Counted from the stretch's first letter, positions 39,260 through 48,822 are shown. The stretch: DNA of 64,000 nucleotides from an uncultured Gemmatimonadales bacterium (GCA_963741945.1 CAVUKA010000001.1:992001-1056000); one strand, 5' to 3'. Numbers and translations are program-made. Notes: a model not told the origin generated them from the letters alone.

Positions 39260-42200
39260 ATGGCTGAAGCGAGGGTGAACGAGCGGAGAGCGCGGGCGGG
39301 CGTGGTACTGCTGTCTGCGCTGCTGGTGCTCGGGGTGGTGCCCGCGACGGCGAGCGCGCAGTACTTCGGGCGCAACAAGGTGCAGTACGAGGAGTTCGAC
39401 TGGCGGGAGATGCACACGGACCACTTCGACTTCTACTTCTATCCGCAGGAGCGGGTAGCGGTGGAGGATGCGGGGCGGATGGGGGAGCGGTGGTACGCGC
39501 GGCTGTCGCGGGTGTTCAACCACCAGTTCAGCGGGGAGAAGCCGATCGTCCTGTACGCGAACCACCCGGACTTCCAGCAGACGAACACGACGGAGAGCCA
39601 GGTCGGTGAGGGCACGGGGGGGTTCACGGAATCGGTGAAGAACCGGGTGGTGCTTCCGCTGACGGGGGTGTACGCGGACAACGACCACGTGATCGGGCAT
39701 GAGCTGGTGCACGCGTTCCAGTACGACATCGCGCAGAAGATGGGTGCGATGGGGCAGCAGGGGATGGGGAGTCTGCCGCTGTGGCTGATCGAGGGGATGG
39801 CGGAGTACCTGTCGAAGGGGCGGGACGACCCGTTGACGGCGATGTGGATGCGGGACGCGGCGCTGCGTGGAGACCTGCCGTCGTTCGAGCAGCTGACATC
39901 GGACCGGCGCTTCTTCCCGTATCGGTACGGTCAGGCACTGTGGGCGTACATCGGGGGTCGCTGGGGTGATCGCGCGGTGACGGACCTGTTCAAGGCGTCG
40001 CTGCAGGACGGGTGGGGTGGGGCGGTGCGGCGGGTGCTCCGGACCACGTCGGACCAGCTGAGCCAGGACTGGCTGTCGGCACTGCGCGCGCACTACCTGC
40101 CGCTGATGGAAGGGAAGGAGCGGCCGGGTGAAGTCGCGAAGAAGATCCTGGCCAAGGACATCAATGCCGGGGACATGAACGTGGGCCCGGCGTTGAGCCC
40201 TGATGGTCAGTACGTGGCCTTCTACAGTGAGCGGGCGCTGTTCGAGATCTCTCTCTTCCTGGCGGATGCCCACACGGGGAAGGTCGTGAAGAAGGTGGCG
40301 GACAGTGAGACGAGCCTGCACTTCGACGCGCTGAGCTTCCTGGAGTCGGCGGGTGCGTGGTCGCCGGACGGCACCGAGATGGCGTTCACGGCGTTCGCGG
40401 AGGGGAACGAGGAGCTGGCGGTGATCCGGCTTTCGGACCGGGAGGTGGTGAAGCACATCACGATCGAGGGCGTGGGCGCGCTGAACTCGCCCGCGTGGTC
40501 GCCGGACGGGCGAACAATGGCGGTTTCGGGGAACCGGGGCGGCATCAGCAACCTGTACCTGGTGGACGTGGCGACGGGCCATACGGAGCAGCTGACGGAC
40601 GATCGGTACGCGGAGCTTCAGCCGTCGTGGTCACCGGACGGGCGGACGCTGGCGTTCGTGACGGACCGAGGGGGTACGAACCTTCAGACGCTCGAATACG
40701 GGAACATGCGGATCGGCCTACTGGACGTGGGCACCGGTCAGGTGCGCATGCTGGACCTGTTCGAGGGCGGCAAGCACATCGACCCGCACTTCGGCCCGAA
40801 CGGTGACTGGCTGTACTTCATCAGCGACGCGGACGGGTTCCAGGACGTGTACCGGGTGCGGCTGGCCACGGGCGACATCGAGCGGATCACGCGCATCGCC
40901 ACGGGGGTGAGCGGGATCACGGACCTCTCGCCCGCGCTGACGATCGCGCAGCAGACGGGCGACATCATGTTCTCCGTCTTCAACGAGGGGAACTACACGG
41001 TCTACCGGATGGACGCCGCGCAGGTGGCAGCGCGCGCGGAGGCGGTCCACACGCGTTTCGCGGGCGTGCAGCCGGCGGCGATCCTGCCGCCCGTGGAGGC
41101 CGCGGAGCGCGGGATCGTGGCGTCGTACATGTCCGAGCCGCTCCGCGGGCTGCCCCGGGACACGGTGTTCCCGATCAGCAATTACGGGGCGCGGCTGGGG
41201 CTGGACTACGTGGGCGTGCCCACGCTGGGCGCATCGTTCGGCGGACCGTTCGGCACGATGGTGCAGGGAGCGGTGGCCACGTACTGGAGCGACATGCTGG
41301 GCAACCGGCAGCTCATGGCCGCGGTGCAGGCGAACGGCACGTTCAAGGACGTGGGCGGGCAGGCCCAGTACGTGAACCGCGCCGGCCACCTGAACTGGGG
41401 TGTGCTCGCGGGGCACATCCCGTATCGGCTGGGCTACTACGGGTTCACTCCCGGGTCCAGCTTCAAGGGACAGCCGGCTCTCGAGCAGGACCTCCAGCTG
41501 TTCCGTATCTACCAGGACCAGGCCATGGCGCTGTTCGAGTTCCCGCGCTCGCAGACGCGCCGGTTCGAGGTCAACGCGGGCTACGCCCGCTACGCGTTCG
41601 GGCTGGAGACGCTGCGGGTGTACTACGACCCGGTAACGGGTCGGCAGCTGGGGAGCGAGACGACCACGGACGAGGTCCCCGCGCCGTTCGATCACCCGCT
41701 CAACATGGGGACGGCCACGTTCGCCTACGTGGGCGACTGGTCGAACTTCGGCTTCACCTCCCCCGTCCGGGGCGGCCGGTTCCGGTTCGAAGTCTCGCCC
41801 ATGGTGGGCGACCTGAACGTCGTGAACGCGCTGGCCGACTACCGGCGCTACTTCTGGCGCTATCCGTTCACGTTCGCCGTTCGCGGAATGCACTACGGCC
41901 GCTACGGGCCGGACGCCGAGAGCGGGAACCCGCTCTTCACGCAGCAGCTGTTCCTGGGATACGAGACGCTGGTGCGGGGCTACAACTACAACTCGTTCAA
42001 CCGGAGCGAATGCGTGACGGCCAACGGCTCGGAGGATCCCAACTGCGGGATCTTCGGAAAGCTGTTCGGGTCGAAGGTGGCCGTGGCCAGCGCGGAGCTG
42101 AGGGTGCCGGTCTTCGGCGTCCCGGGCTTCGGGCTGATCAACTTCCCGTTCGTCCCGACCGAGCTGGCGGGGTTCGTGGACGCGGGCGTGGCCTGGAACA

Positions 42201-42427
42201 GCGGGTCGTGCGGCCCGGGCGGCAGCGGCACGGACAGCCAGGGCCTGAGCTGTACCCCGGTCTGGAAGTGGGACGCGCCCGGTCAGCGGACCCCCGTGGT
42301 CAGCGCGGGGATCACGAGCCGCTTCAACGTGCTGGGCTTCGCAGTCCTGGAAGTCTACTACGCGTACCCGTTCCAGCGACCGAAGGAAGGCTGGCACTTC
42401 GGGTTCCAGCTGGCGCCCGGGTGGTAG
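39260..42427 (+). CDS. Outer-membrane fusion: zinc metallopeptidase + TolB-like (PD40) beta-propeller + Omp85/BamA-type barrel
   Basis: Signal peptide; HELVH...WLIEGMAE; repeated P.WSPDG blades; LVRGY, SAELR.P, F.DAG.AW; aromatic C-terminus. Confidence 0.8.
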   Translation: MAEARVNERRARAGVVLLSALLVLGVVPATASAQYFGRNKVQYEEFDWREMHTDHFDFYFYPQERVAVEDAGRMGERWYARLSRVFNHQFSGEKPIVLYANHPDFQQTNTTESQVGEGTGGFTESVKNRVVLPLTGVYADNDHVIGHELVHAFQYDIAQKMGAMGQQGMGSLPLWLIEGMAEYLSKGRDDPLTAMWMRDAALRGDLPSFEQLTSDRRFFPYRYGQALWAYIGGRWGDRAVTDLFKASLQDGWGGAVRRVLRTTSDQLSQDWLSALRAHYLPLMEGKERPGEVAKKILAKDINAGDMNVGPALSPDGQYVAFYSERALFEISLFLADAHTGKVVKKVADSETSLHFDALSFLESAGAWSPDGTEMAFTAFAEGNEELAVIRLSDREVVKHITIEGVGALNSPAWSPDGRTMAVSGNRGGISNLYLVDVATGHTEQLTDDRYAELQPSWSPDGRTLAFVTDRGGTNLQTLEYGNMRIGLLDVGTGQVRMLDLFEGGKHIDPHFGPNGDWLYFISDADGFQDVYRVRLATGDIERITRIATGVSGITDLSPALTIAQQTGDIMFSVFNEGNYTVYRMDAAQVAARAEAVHTRFAGVQPAAILPPVEAAERGIVASYMSEPLRGLPRDTVFPISNYGARLGLDYVGVPTLGASFGGPFGTMVQGAVATYWSDMLGNRQLMAAVQANGTFKDVGGQAQYVNRAGHLNWGVLAGHIPYRLGYYGFTPGSSFKGQPALEQDLQLFRIYQDQAMALFEFPRSQTRRFEVNAGYARYAFGLETLRVYYDPVTGRQLGSETTTDEVPAPFDHPLNMGTATFAYVGDWSNFGFTSPVRGGRFRFEVSPMVGDLNVVNALADYRRYFWRYPFTFAVRGMHYGRYGPDAESGNPLFTQQLFLGYETLVRGYNYNSFNRSECVTANGSEDPNCGIFGKLFGSKVAVASAELRVPVFGVPGFGLINFPFVPTELAGFVDAGVAWNSGSCGPGGSGTDSQGLSCTPVWKWDAPGQRTPVVSAGITSRFNVLGFAVLEVYYAYPFQRPKEGWHFGFQLAPGW

Positions 42428-42501
42428 GCGGGCGGCGAGCCTGCTGACAGCGGGCGGCGAGCCTGCTGACAGCGGGCGGCGAGCCTGCTGAACGCGGGCG
42501 G
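42428..42501 (+). repeat. Tandem 22-bp repeat, about 3.4 copies
   Basis: GCGGGCGGCGAGCCTGCTGACA x2, a third copy ending GAAC, and a partial fourth; no spacers. Confidence 0.9.
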
Positions 42502-42508
42502 ATCGAGT

Positions 42509-42543
42509 GGCCGGGCGGGGAGACCTGCCCGGCCGTTCTCGTT
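42509..42543 (+). terminator. Probable intrinsic terminator
   Basis: GGCCGGGCGGG-GAGA-CCTGCCCGGCC followed by GTTCTCGTT. Confidence 0.6.
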
Positions 42544-42750
42544 GGCGCTGGCAGCTCCATTGTCGGGCAGCTTCGTTCTGAGCATGGGCCTCCTCCGGCA
42601 CTCGGGTAGTCTCGATCCCCCAATGGTCGACCATCCTGGCGGGATGGTGCCGGGGACGCCGGGGATAGCCAAACGGGGCACTTTCCCCCAGACTTTGGCC
42701 ACCAATACGGACGTGAACGGCTGAAGAGCCGCGAAAGGGATAGCAGGCGC

Positions 42751-44868
42751 ATGTACGAAGACGAGAACCGTACCCTGGATCCGATCCTCCGGCCGCGCAG
42801 CATCGCGGTGATCGGGGCGAGCCGGCGGCCCGGCACCATCGGCTACCAGATCGTGGACAACCTGCTCCGGCACGGCTACGAGGGGGTGGTCTACCCCGTG
42901 AATCCGAACGCGGAGTCCGTCCACTCGATCCCCTCCTATCCGTCGGTCGCCGCGATCCCGAGGGACGTGGACCTGGCGATGGTGGTGGTCCCGAAGCAGT
43001 TCGTCCTCGACGTGGTGGACGAGTGCGGGGCGAAAGGCATCAAGGGGCTGATCGTGATCAGCGCCGGGTTCCGCGAAGTGGGCGGAACCGGGGCGCAGCT
43101 GGAGACCGCGCTGCTGGAGCGGGTCCGCCGCTACGGCATGCGGCTGGTGGGGCCGAACTGCATGGGCGTGCTGAGCACGGCGCCGGAGCTGAAGATGAAT
43201 GCCACGTTCGCCCCCACGATGCCGCCGGCGGGCCCGGTGAGCCTCATGAGCCAGTCGGGAGCGATGGGGGTGACGATCCTGGATTACGCGTCGGAGTACG
43301 GGATCGGGATCAACGATTTCGTGAGCGTCGGCAACAAGCCGGACGTGAGCGGGAACGACCTGATCCAGTACTGGGCGGACGACGAGCGCACGAGCGTGAT
43401 CCTCATGTACCTGGAGAACTTCGGCAATCCGCAGAAGTTCACCCACCTGGCGCGGCGGATCACGAAGAAGAAGCCGATCATCGTGGTGAAGGCGGGGCGC
43501 ACGGGCGTGGGTGCGCGGGCGGCGAGCTCGCACACGGGCGCGCTTGCGGGCGCGGACGTGGCTGTGGACGCGCTGCTGTCACAGTGCGGGGTGATGCGGG
43601 TGGACACGGTGGAGGAGCTGTTCGACCTGGCGATGGCGTTCGACGAGCTGCCGGTGCCCGCCGGGAACCGCGTCGCCATCGTGACGAACGCGGGCGGCCC
43701 GGGGATCATCATCGCGGACGCGTGCGAGTCGCGCGGTCTGGAAGTGGTGCAGCTCTCGGACGAGACGCAGGCGTCGCTGCGCGAGGTGCTGGCGGAAGAG
43801 GCGAGCGTGCGGAACCCGGTGGACATGATCGCATCGGCCACGCCCGAGTCGTACCGCCTGGTGCTGGACCGGGTGCTTCGGGACGAGAACGTGGACGCGG
43901 CCATCGCGGCGTTCGTTCCGCCGCTCGGCGTGCGGCAGGAAGAGGTGGCGCACGCGATCGTGGAAGCGAAGCAGGGGCACCAGAAGCCCGTGCTGGCCGT
44001 GCTCATGGGGCGGGAAGGGCTGCCGCAGGGGCGGGCGGAGCTGCACGAGGCGGGGATGCCCGGCTACATCTTCCCCGAGTCGGCGGCGAAAGCGCTGGCG
44101 GCCATGTACCGGTACCGGAAGTGGCTGGAGCGGCCGGAGGGGACGATCCGTGTGGTGGACGCGGACCGGGAGGCCGTCCGTTCGATCATCGGACGTGCGG
44201 TGGAGAGCGGTACCGATCACCTGGCCGGCCCTGACGCCCTGGCCGTCTTCCGGGCGTACGGGATCCCGGTGCTGGAGTCGCGGATCGTCCGCGACGCGGA
44301 TGCGGCCGCGGCGGCAGCGGAGGAGGTCGGGTTCCCCGTCGTCATGAAGGTGGAGTCCCCGGACGTGGTGCATAAGAGCGACGTGGGTGGCGTTGCCGTG
44401 GACCTGCGCTCCGGCGACGCGGTGCGGCAGGCGTACGAGGTCATGATGACCCGGGTCGGCGAAGCGCTCCCCGACGCTCGGCTCGAGGGCGTGCTGATCC
44501 AGCCGTTCGTTTCGGGGGGGAGGGAGACCATCGTGGGCGGCACCACCGACCCGATGTTCGGCCCGCTCCTCATGTTCGGGCTGGGTGGCGTGTACGTCGA
44601 AGCGCTCAAGGACGTGGTGTTCCGTGTCCACCCGCTGACGGACGTGGACGCCCGGGAGATGGTGGGCTCGATCCGCGCCGTGAAAGTACTCGAGGGGATG
44701 CGCGGTGAGCCGCCCTCGGACCGGGAAGCCATCGCGGACGTGATCCAGCGGGTGTCGCAGCTGATGGGGGAGAACCCGGAAGTCCGGGAGCTGGACATCA
44801 ACCCCTTCCTCGTCCGTGAGAAGGGCGGAGTGGCGCTCGATGCCCGGATCCGCGTGAGCTGCGACTGA
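42751..44868 (+). CDS. Acyl-CoA synthetase (NDP-forming), fused alpha-beta
   Basis: SIAVIGAS, YPVNP, GPNCMG, SQSGA, SHTGALAG (phospho-His), ATP-grasp HKSDVGGV, ELDINP. Confidence 0.92.
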   Translation: MYEDENRTLDPILRPRSIAVIGASRRPGTIGYQIVDNLLRHGYEGVVYPVNPNAESVHSIPSYPSVAAIPRDVDLAMVVVPKQFVLDVVDECGAKGIKGLIVISAGFREVGGTGAQLETALLERVRRYGMRLVGPNCMGVLSTAPELKMNATFAPTMPPAGPVSLMSQSGAMGVTILDYASEYGIGINDFVSVGNKPDVSGNDLIQYWADDERTSVILMYLENFGNPQKFTHLARRITKKKPIIVVKAGRTGVGARAASSHTGALAGADVAVDALLSQCGVMRVDTVEELFDLAMAFDELPVPAGNRVAIVTNAGGPGIIIADACESRGLEVVQLSDETQASLREVLAEEASVRNPVDMIASATPESYRLVLDRVLRDENVDAAIAAFVPPLGVRQEEVAHAIVEAKQGHQKPVLAVLMGREGLPQGRAELHEAGMPGYIFPESAAKALAAMYRYRKWLERPEGTIRVVDADREAVRSIIGRAVESGTDHLAGPDALAVFRAYGIPVLESRIVRDADAAAAAAEEVGFPVVMKVESPDVVHKSDVGGVAVDLRSGDAVRQAYEVMMTRVGEALPDARLEGVLIQPFVSGGRETIVGGTTDPMFGPLLMFGLGGVYVEALKDVVFRVHPLTDVDAREMVGSIRAVKVLEGMRGEPPSDREAIADVIQRVSQLMGENPEVRELDINPFLVREKGGVALDARIRVSCD

Positions 44869-44882
44869 CGGAGCTGCCCCGG

Positions 44883-44912
44883 GCGACGGGCGTCTCCACC
44901 GCCGCCCGTCGC
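44883..44912. terminator. Hairpin between convergent genes
   Basis: GCGACGGGCG-N10-CGCCCGTCGC; no U-tract. Confidence 0.4.
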
Positions 44913-44934
44913 GTGTCCGGGGGCGGGATCGGTG

Positions 44935-46242
44935 CTAGAGCAGCCGCGAGGTGAGGGCCCAGAGCTGCTCCTTCGCCCTCTCGCGCACGCTGCGCTGCCG
45001 GAACTGCTCGAGGGACAGCTCGCTGGCGTGCCCGATGTCGGTGCGGAACCGCTCCTCCAGGCGGCCGGCGATCTCCGGAGCGCTGATCATGAGGACCACC
45101 TCGTCGTTCAGCGACATGGAGCGATTGTCGAAATTGGCCGAGCCGATGGCGCACCAGACGCTGTCGGCGCTGAGGGTCTTGGCGTGCACCATGGTGGGGC
45201 TGTACTCGTAGATCCGGATACCGCCCTCCAACAGCTCCTCGTAGTGCTTCCGCGCGGCGTACCAGGTGGACTTCTTGTCGGTGTTCGCACCGGGTGTGAG
45301 GATGCGCACGTCCACGCTGGCGGCGGCCGCTTCCAGGAGGAGGCGGCGGAAGTCGTCATCGGGGACGAAGTAGGCGCTGGTGACCCACAGCCGCTCCCTG
45401 GCGCCGGCGATGGTGACGGCGTAGAAGCGCTCGATGCCGGTGCTCCCGACGGATGGGGAGCCGTAGATGAGACCGGCGGTGTGCGGGCCGTGGCGCTCCA
45501 GCGGCTCGGGCGGGAAGAGGTCGTCGCCCACCAGCAGCTCGCCCGTGGCCTCGGCCCAGTCCCCGGCGAATGCGGCCTGCAGCTGGTGCACGGCCGGGCC
45601 CTCGATCCGGACGCTGGTGTCCCGCCACTGGTGCGGGTGGAGGCCGTCGCCCCGCCAGTCGTCGTGGATGGCGAACCCCCCGGTGTAGCCCACGCTCCCA
45701 TCGATCACCACCGTCCGCATGTGGGTGCGCTTCTGCCACTTGTACATGGTGCTCCACCGGAAGGGGCGGAAGGCGTGCACCTCCGCGCCCGCCTTGCGGA
45801 GCCGCTCCCAGTATTCGTCCTCCACGCCCCAGGAGCCGAAGGCGTCATAGAGCAGCAGCACGCGCACGCCCTCACGCAGGCGACCGATGAGGATTTCAGC
45901 GAGCCGGTCCGCCAGCTCGCCGGGCTTGAACCAGAACACGTGCCAGGTGATGACGGAGCGGGCGTGCTCGAGGTCGGACCACAGGCTCGGGTACACCTCC
46001 TGGCCGTTGAACAGCACGTCCAGCCGGTTCCCCTCCGTGAGCGCCGCGTTCACGTGGCGCTCCATCTGCGCGGTGAACAGCCCCGACGAGACGTTGGGCA
46101 CGCTCTCCTCCCCGCCCACCACCCGCACCCCCTCGACCGGATTTCCGCGCATGACGTAGAAGAAGCCGGCGAGCGCGAAAAAGCCCAGCAGCAACGCCAT
46201 GAGGACGACGAGGCCGAGGAGGGCGACGGTCGTGATGCTCAT
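44935..46242 (-). CDS. cls: Cardiolipin synthase / phospholipase D family
   Basis: N-terminal TM; RTHMRTVVIDG...GG; WRDT; SAYFVP; MVHAKTLSAD...GSANFDNRS. Confidence 0.88.
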   Translation of the reverse strand: MSITTVALLGLVVLMALLLGFFALAGFFYVMRGNPVEGVRVVGGEESVPNVSSGLFTAQMERHVNAALTEGNRLDVLFNGQEVYPSLWSDLEHARSVITWHVFWFKPGELADRLAEILIGRLREGVRVLLLYDAFGSWGVEDEYWERLRKAGAEVHAFRPFRWSTMYKWQKRTHMRTVVIDGSVGYTGGFAIHDDWRGDGLHPHQWRDTSVRIEGPAVHQLQAAFAGDWAEATGELLVGDDLFPPEPLERHGPHTAGLIYGSPSVGSTGIERFYAVTIAGARERLWVTSAYFVPDDDFRRLLLEAAAASVDVRILTPGANTDKKSTWYAARKHYEELLEGGIRIYEYSPTMVHAKTLSADSVWCAIGSANFDNRSMSLNDEVVLMISAPEIAGRLEERFRTDIGHASELSLEQFRQRSVRERAKEQLWALTSRLL

Positions 46243-46316
46243 GACCGTCGTGGGGCGCAAGGAACGGACCGGCACCCGCACGTGTACCGGCGCGCCGCTT
46301 GCCCTATCTTGCTGCC

Positions 46317-47858
46317 ATGCACTACCACCTGATCGGGATCGCGGGAACGGCCATGGGCTCGCTGGCGGGACTGCTGCGCGCGGCAGGGCACACCGTCACG
46401 GGCTCGGACGAGGGCGTGTACCCGCCCATGTCGACGCTGCTGGATGAGCTGGGGATCACCTACGCCCGCGCGTTCGACGCGGGGAACATCGCGCCGGCGC
46501 CGGACGTGGTGGTGGTGGGGAACGCCATCTCGCGCGGCAACCCGGAGCTGGAAGCGGTGCTGGACCGGCGGCTCCGCTACACCTCGGCGGCGAGCGTCCT
46601 CAAGGAGGAGTTCCTCCGGGACCGGCGCGTACTGGCCGTGGCCGGGACCCACGGCAAGACCACCACCACCTCCCTCCTGGCGTGGCTGCTGGAATCGGCG
46701 GGACTGAAGCCGTCGTTCCTCATCGGCGGCGTGGCGGAGAACTTCGGGACATCGTTCCGGCTCGTGGACGCGGAAGAGTCCGACCTCTTCGTGATCGAAG
46801 CGGACGAGTACGACACGGCCTATTTCGACAAGGGCCCGAAGATGTGGCACTACCTGCCGCACACCGCTGTGGTGACCAACATCGAGTTCGACCATGCCGA
46901 CATCTACCGCGACGACGAAGCCTACCGCTTCGCCTTCTCCCGCTTCATCAATCTCGTCCCGCGCAATGGGACGCTGGTGGCGGGGTGGGAGAGCGCGGTG
47001 GTGCGGTCGCTGGCGCGCCGCTCGTTCGCGCCCGTCGAGAGCTTCGGTCTCGGCAGCGGCCCCGGGGCCGGGGCTGGCGCGGGGGCCGGGGCGGGGGCGC
47101 GGGGCGACGATGGCGCGGAGGACAGGCGGCCGCCGGGCACGGGGGAGGTGCGTGCCGCCGGGTCGGCGGAGCCGGAGGGGTTCGAGGCTTCGCGGGAGCA
47201 CCCGCGCTGGCGCGCGGACGGGATCGAGTACGGCCCGGACGGGACCATCTTCAACGTGTACCACGACGGCGAGTGCCTGGGCGACGTGGTCACGCCGCTC
47301 ACGGGCGCGTTCAACGTCCGGAACGCGCTGGCCGCCATGGCGTCGGCCGTGAGCGTGGGGGCGGAGTGGCCGGGGATCCTGGAAGGGCTGCGGACGTTCC
47401 GGAGCGTGCGGCGTCGCATGGAGATACGGGGGGAAGCCCGCGGAGTCACGGTGATCGACGACTTCGCCCACCACCCCACGGCGGTCCGGGAGACGATCGC
47501 GGCCGTTCGCCAGCGCTTCGGCCAGCGGCGGCTGGTGGCGGTGTTCGAGCCGCGCAGCTACACGGCGCAGCGTCGCGAGTTCCAGGAGCCGTACCGCCGC
47601 GCCCTGGGGAGCGCCGACCGCGTGGTCCTGGGCGGGCTGTTCCACCCGGAGCGATACGACGCCGCCACCGGCATGGACCCGGACGAGCTCGTGGCCGCCA
47701 TCGCCGCCGACGGCACGCCAGCCCGCTACATCGCCGACCCGGGCGCCATCGTGGCGGCGCTGGAGCCGGACCTGCGCGAGGGCGACATCGTGCTGTTCAT
47801 GTCGAACGGCGGGTTCGGCGGCGTGCACGGCAGGCTGCTGGCCGCCCTGGGCGGCTAG
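46317..47858 (+). CDS. mpl: Murein tripeptide ligase Mpl (MurC-like)
   Basis: GIAGTAMGSLA, YPPMST, GTHGKTTT, EADEYDTAYFDK, EFDHADI, DDFAHHPTA, EPRS, MSNGGFGG. Confidence 0.92.
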   Translation: MHYHLIGIAGTAMGSLAGLLRAAGHTVTGSDEGVYPPMSTLLDELGITYARAFDAGNIAPAPDVVVVGNAISRGNPELEAVLDRRLRYTSAASVLKEEFLRDRRVLAVAGTHGKTTTTSLLAWLLESAGLKPSFLIGGVAENFGTSFRLVDAEESDLFVIEADEYDTAYFDKGPKMWHYLPHTAVVTNIEFDHADIYRDDEAYRFAFSRFINLVPRNGTLVAGWESAVVRSLARRSFAPVESFGLGSGPGAGAGAGAGAGARGDDGAEDRRPPGTGEVRAAGSAEPEGFEASREHPRWRADGIEYGPDGTIFNVYHDGECLGDVVTPLTGAFNVRNALAAMASAVSVGAEWPGILEGLRTFRSVRRRMEIRGEARGVTVIDDFAHHPTAVRETIAAVRQRFGQRRLVAVFEPRSYTAQRREFQEPYRRALGSADRVVLGGLFHPERYDAATGMDPDELVAAIAADGTPARYIADPGAIVAALEPDLREGDIVLFMSNGGFGGVHGRLLAALGG

Positions 47859-47917
47859 CGGCGGCAGCGACTGCGGCCGCGTCGGCGCGCTTTGGGAGGG
47901 CGCATCGCGCGAGGCCC

Positions 47918-47933
47918 TGGCGCGCCCGTTGCA
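47918..47933 (+). promoter_or_regulatory. Sigma54 -24/-12 promoter of the cytochrome gene
   Basis: TGGCGC-GCCCG-TTGCA, about 90 bp upstream of the ATG. Confidence 0.7.
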
Positions 47934-48021
47934 CAGGCGTCCAGCGCTGGCTCCCCGTGAGTTGGCCCCGGCGAAGCCCCGGCGCCCGACGGCGCCCACG
48001 CTGACAAGACCCGGAGGCGGC

Positions 48022-48648
48022 ATGTCCGCGTTTCACCGGCCCACGTCGTGGCTGTTCACCGCCCTGCTGGCCACGGCCGCCCCGGTGGCGGCGCAGGGCG
48101 CTTTCCCGCACGAGGCTCACAAGGGGCTCTTCCCGCTGTGCCAGGGCTGCCACGACATGAGCTCGGGAAAGGCATCGGCACACTACCCCTCACCAGAGCT
48201 CTGCGGCCACTGCCACGACGGCCAGCTGGAGCCGCGCGTGTCCTGGTCGCCGCCCGCATCGCCCGGCTATCCCCACCCGATTCACCCGCGGGGCACAGGC
48301 GTGCGGCCGTCGTGCACGGACTGTCACGGGACGGACGCGACGCTGGTGGTCGACGCTGGGCGGCCCGCGTGCGAGCAGTGCCACGCGCGGCATCACCAGG
48401 CGAAGTCGCAGTGCCGGCTCTGCCACGTCCCGCCGCCTGAAGCGGCGCACGATGCCTCCGCCCATGCCGGATGCAGCGGCTCCGGCTGTCACGCTGCCGC
48501 GCGCGTGAAGGGGCTCGCGTTCACTCGCCCGCTCTGCCTGCTCTGTCACAGTTCGCGGGCCGATCATTTCGCCGCTCGGCAGTGCGTCGACTGCCACCCC
48601 GTGGGACCGGGCCCAGCCGCGGACGGCGACGCGGGCCGGCGACGCTGA
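48022..48648 (+). CDS. Secreted multiheme c-type cytochrome (7 CxxCH + 1 CX4CH)
   Basis: GGAGG RBS, signal peptide, FPH..H, CQGCH, CGHCH, CTDCH, CEQCH, CRLCH, CSGSGCH, CLLCH, CVDCH. Confidence 0.88.
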   Translation: MSAFHRPTSWLFTALLATAAPVAAQGAFPHEAHKGLFPLCQGCHDMSSGKASAHYPSPELCGHCHDGQLEPRVSWSPPASPGYPHPIHPRGTGVRPSCTDCHGTDATLVVDAGRPACEQCHARHHQAKSQCRLCHVPPPEAAHDASAHAGCSGSGCHAAARVKGLAFTRPLCLLCHSSRADHFAARQCVDCHPVGPGPAADGDAGRRR

Positions 48649-48822
48649 CGGGCGGCCCGCCCCACTCCGCGAACCCATCACTGGAGGGGCCTTCGCCGCT
48701 CCGGCCGGTCCGGTTACATTTCCGCCCGCCGAACGTCGCGCCGCAATGTCGGCGTCGGCAGGGGCGGCGGCCGCGCCGGCCGACCGCGCTCGACAGCCAC
48801 TCCAGCTCACCCCGTGTGCCCC

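Noticed and set aside
15322-39417. Long N-terminal extensions in the ORF track (trmFO, topA, pilN, pilX, pilW, pilV, pilA, pilS; also argF, M28, tnaA)
   Set aside because: They overlap upstream genes or promoters; family N-termini and RBS or stop-start overlaps support the shorter starts
42428-42501. CRISPR array
   Set aside because: The repeats are head-to-tail with no unique spacers, and there are no cas genes
42751-44868. Protein lysine acetyltransferase Pat/YfiQ
   Set aside because: There is no GNAT domain, and the catalytic His (SHTG) is retained
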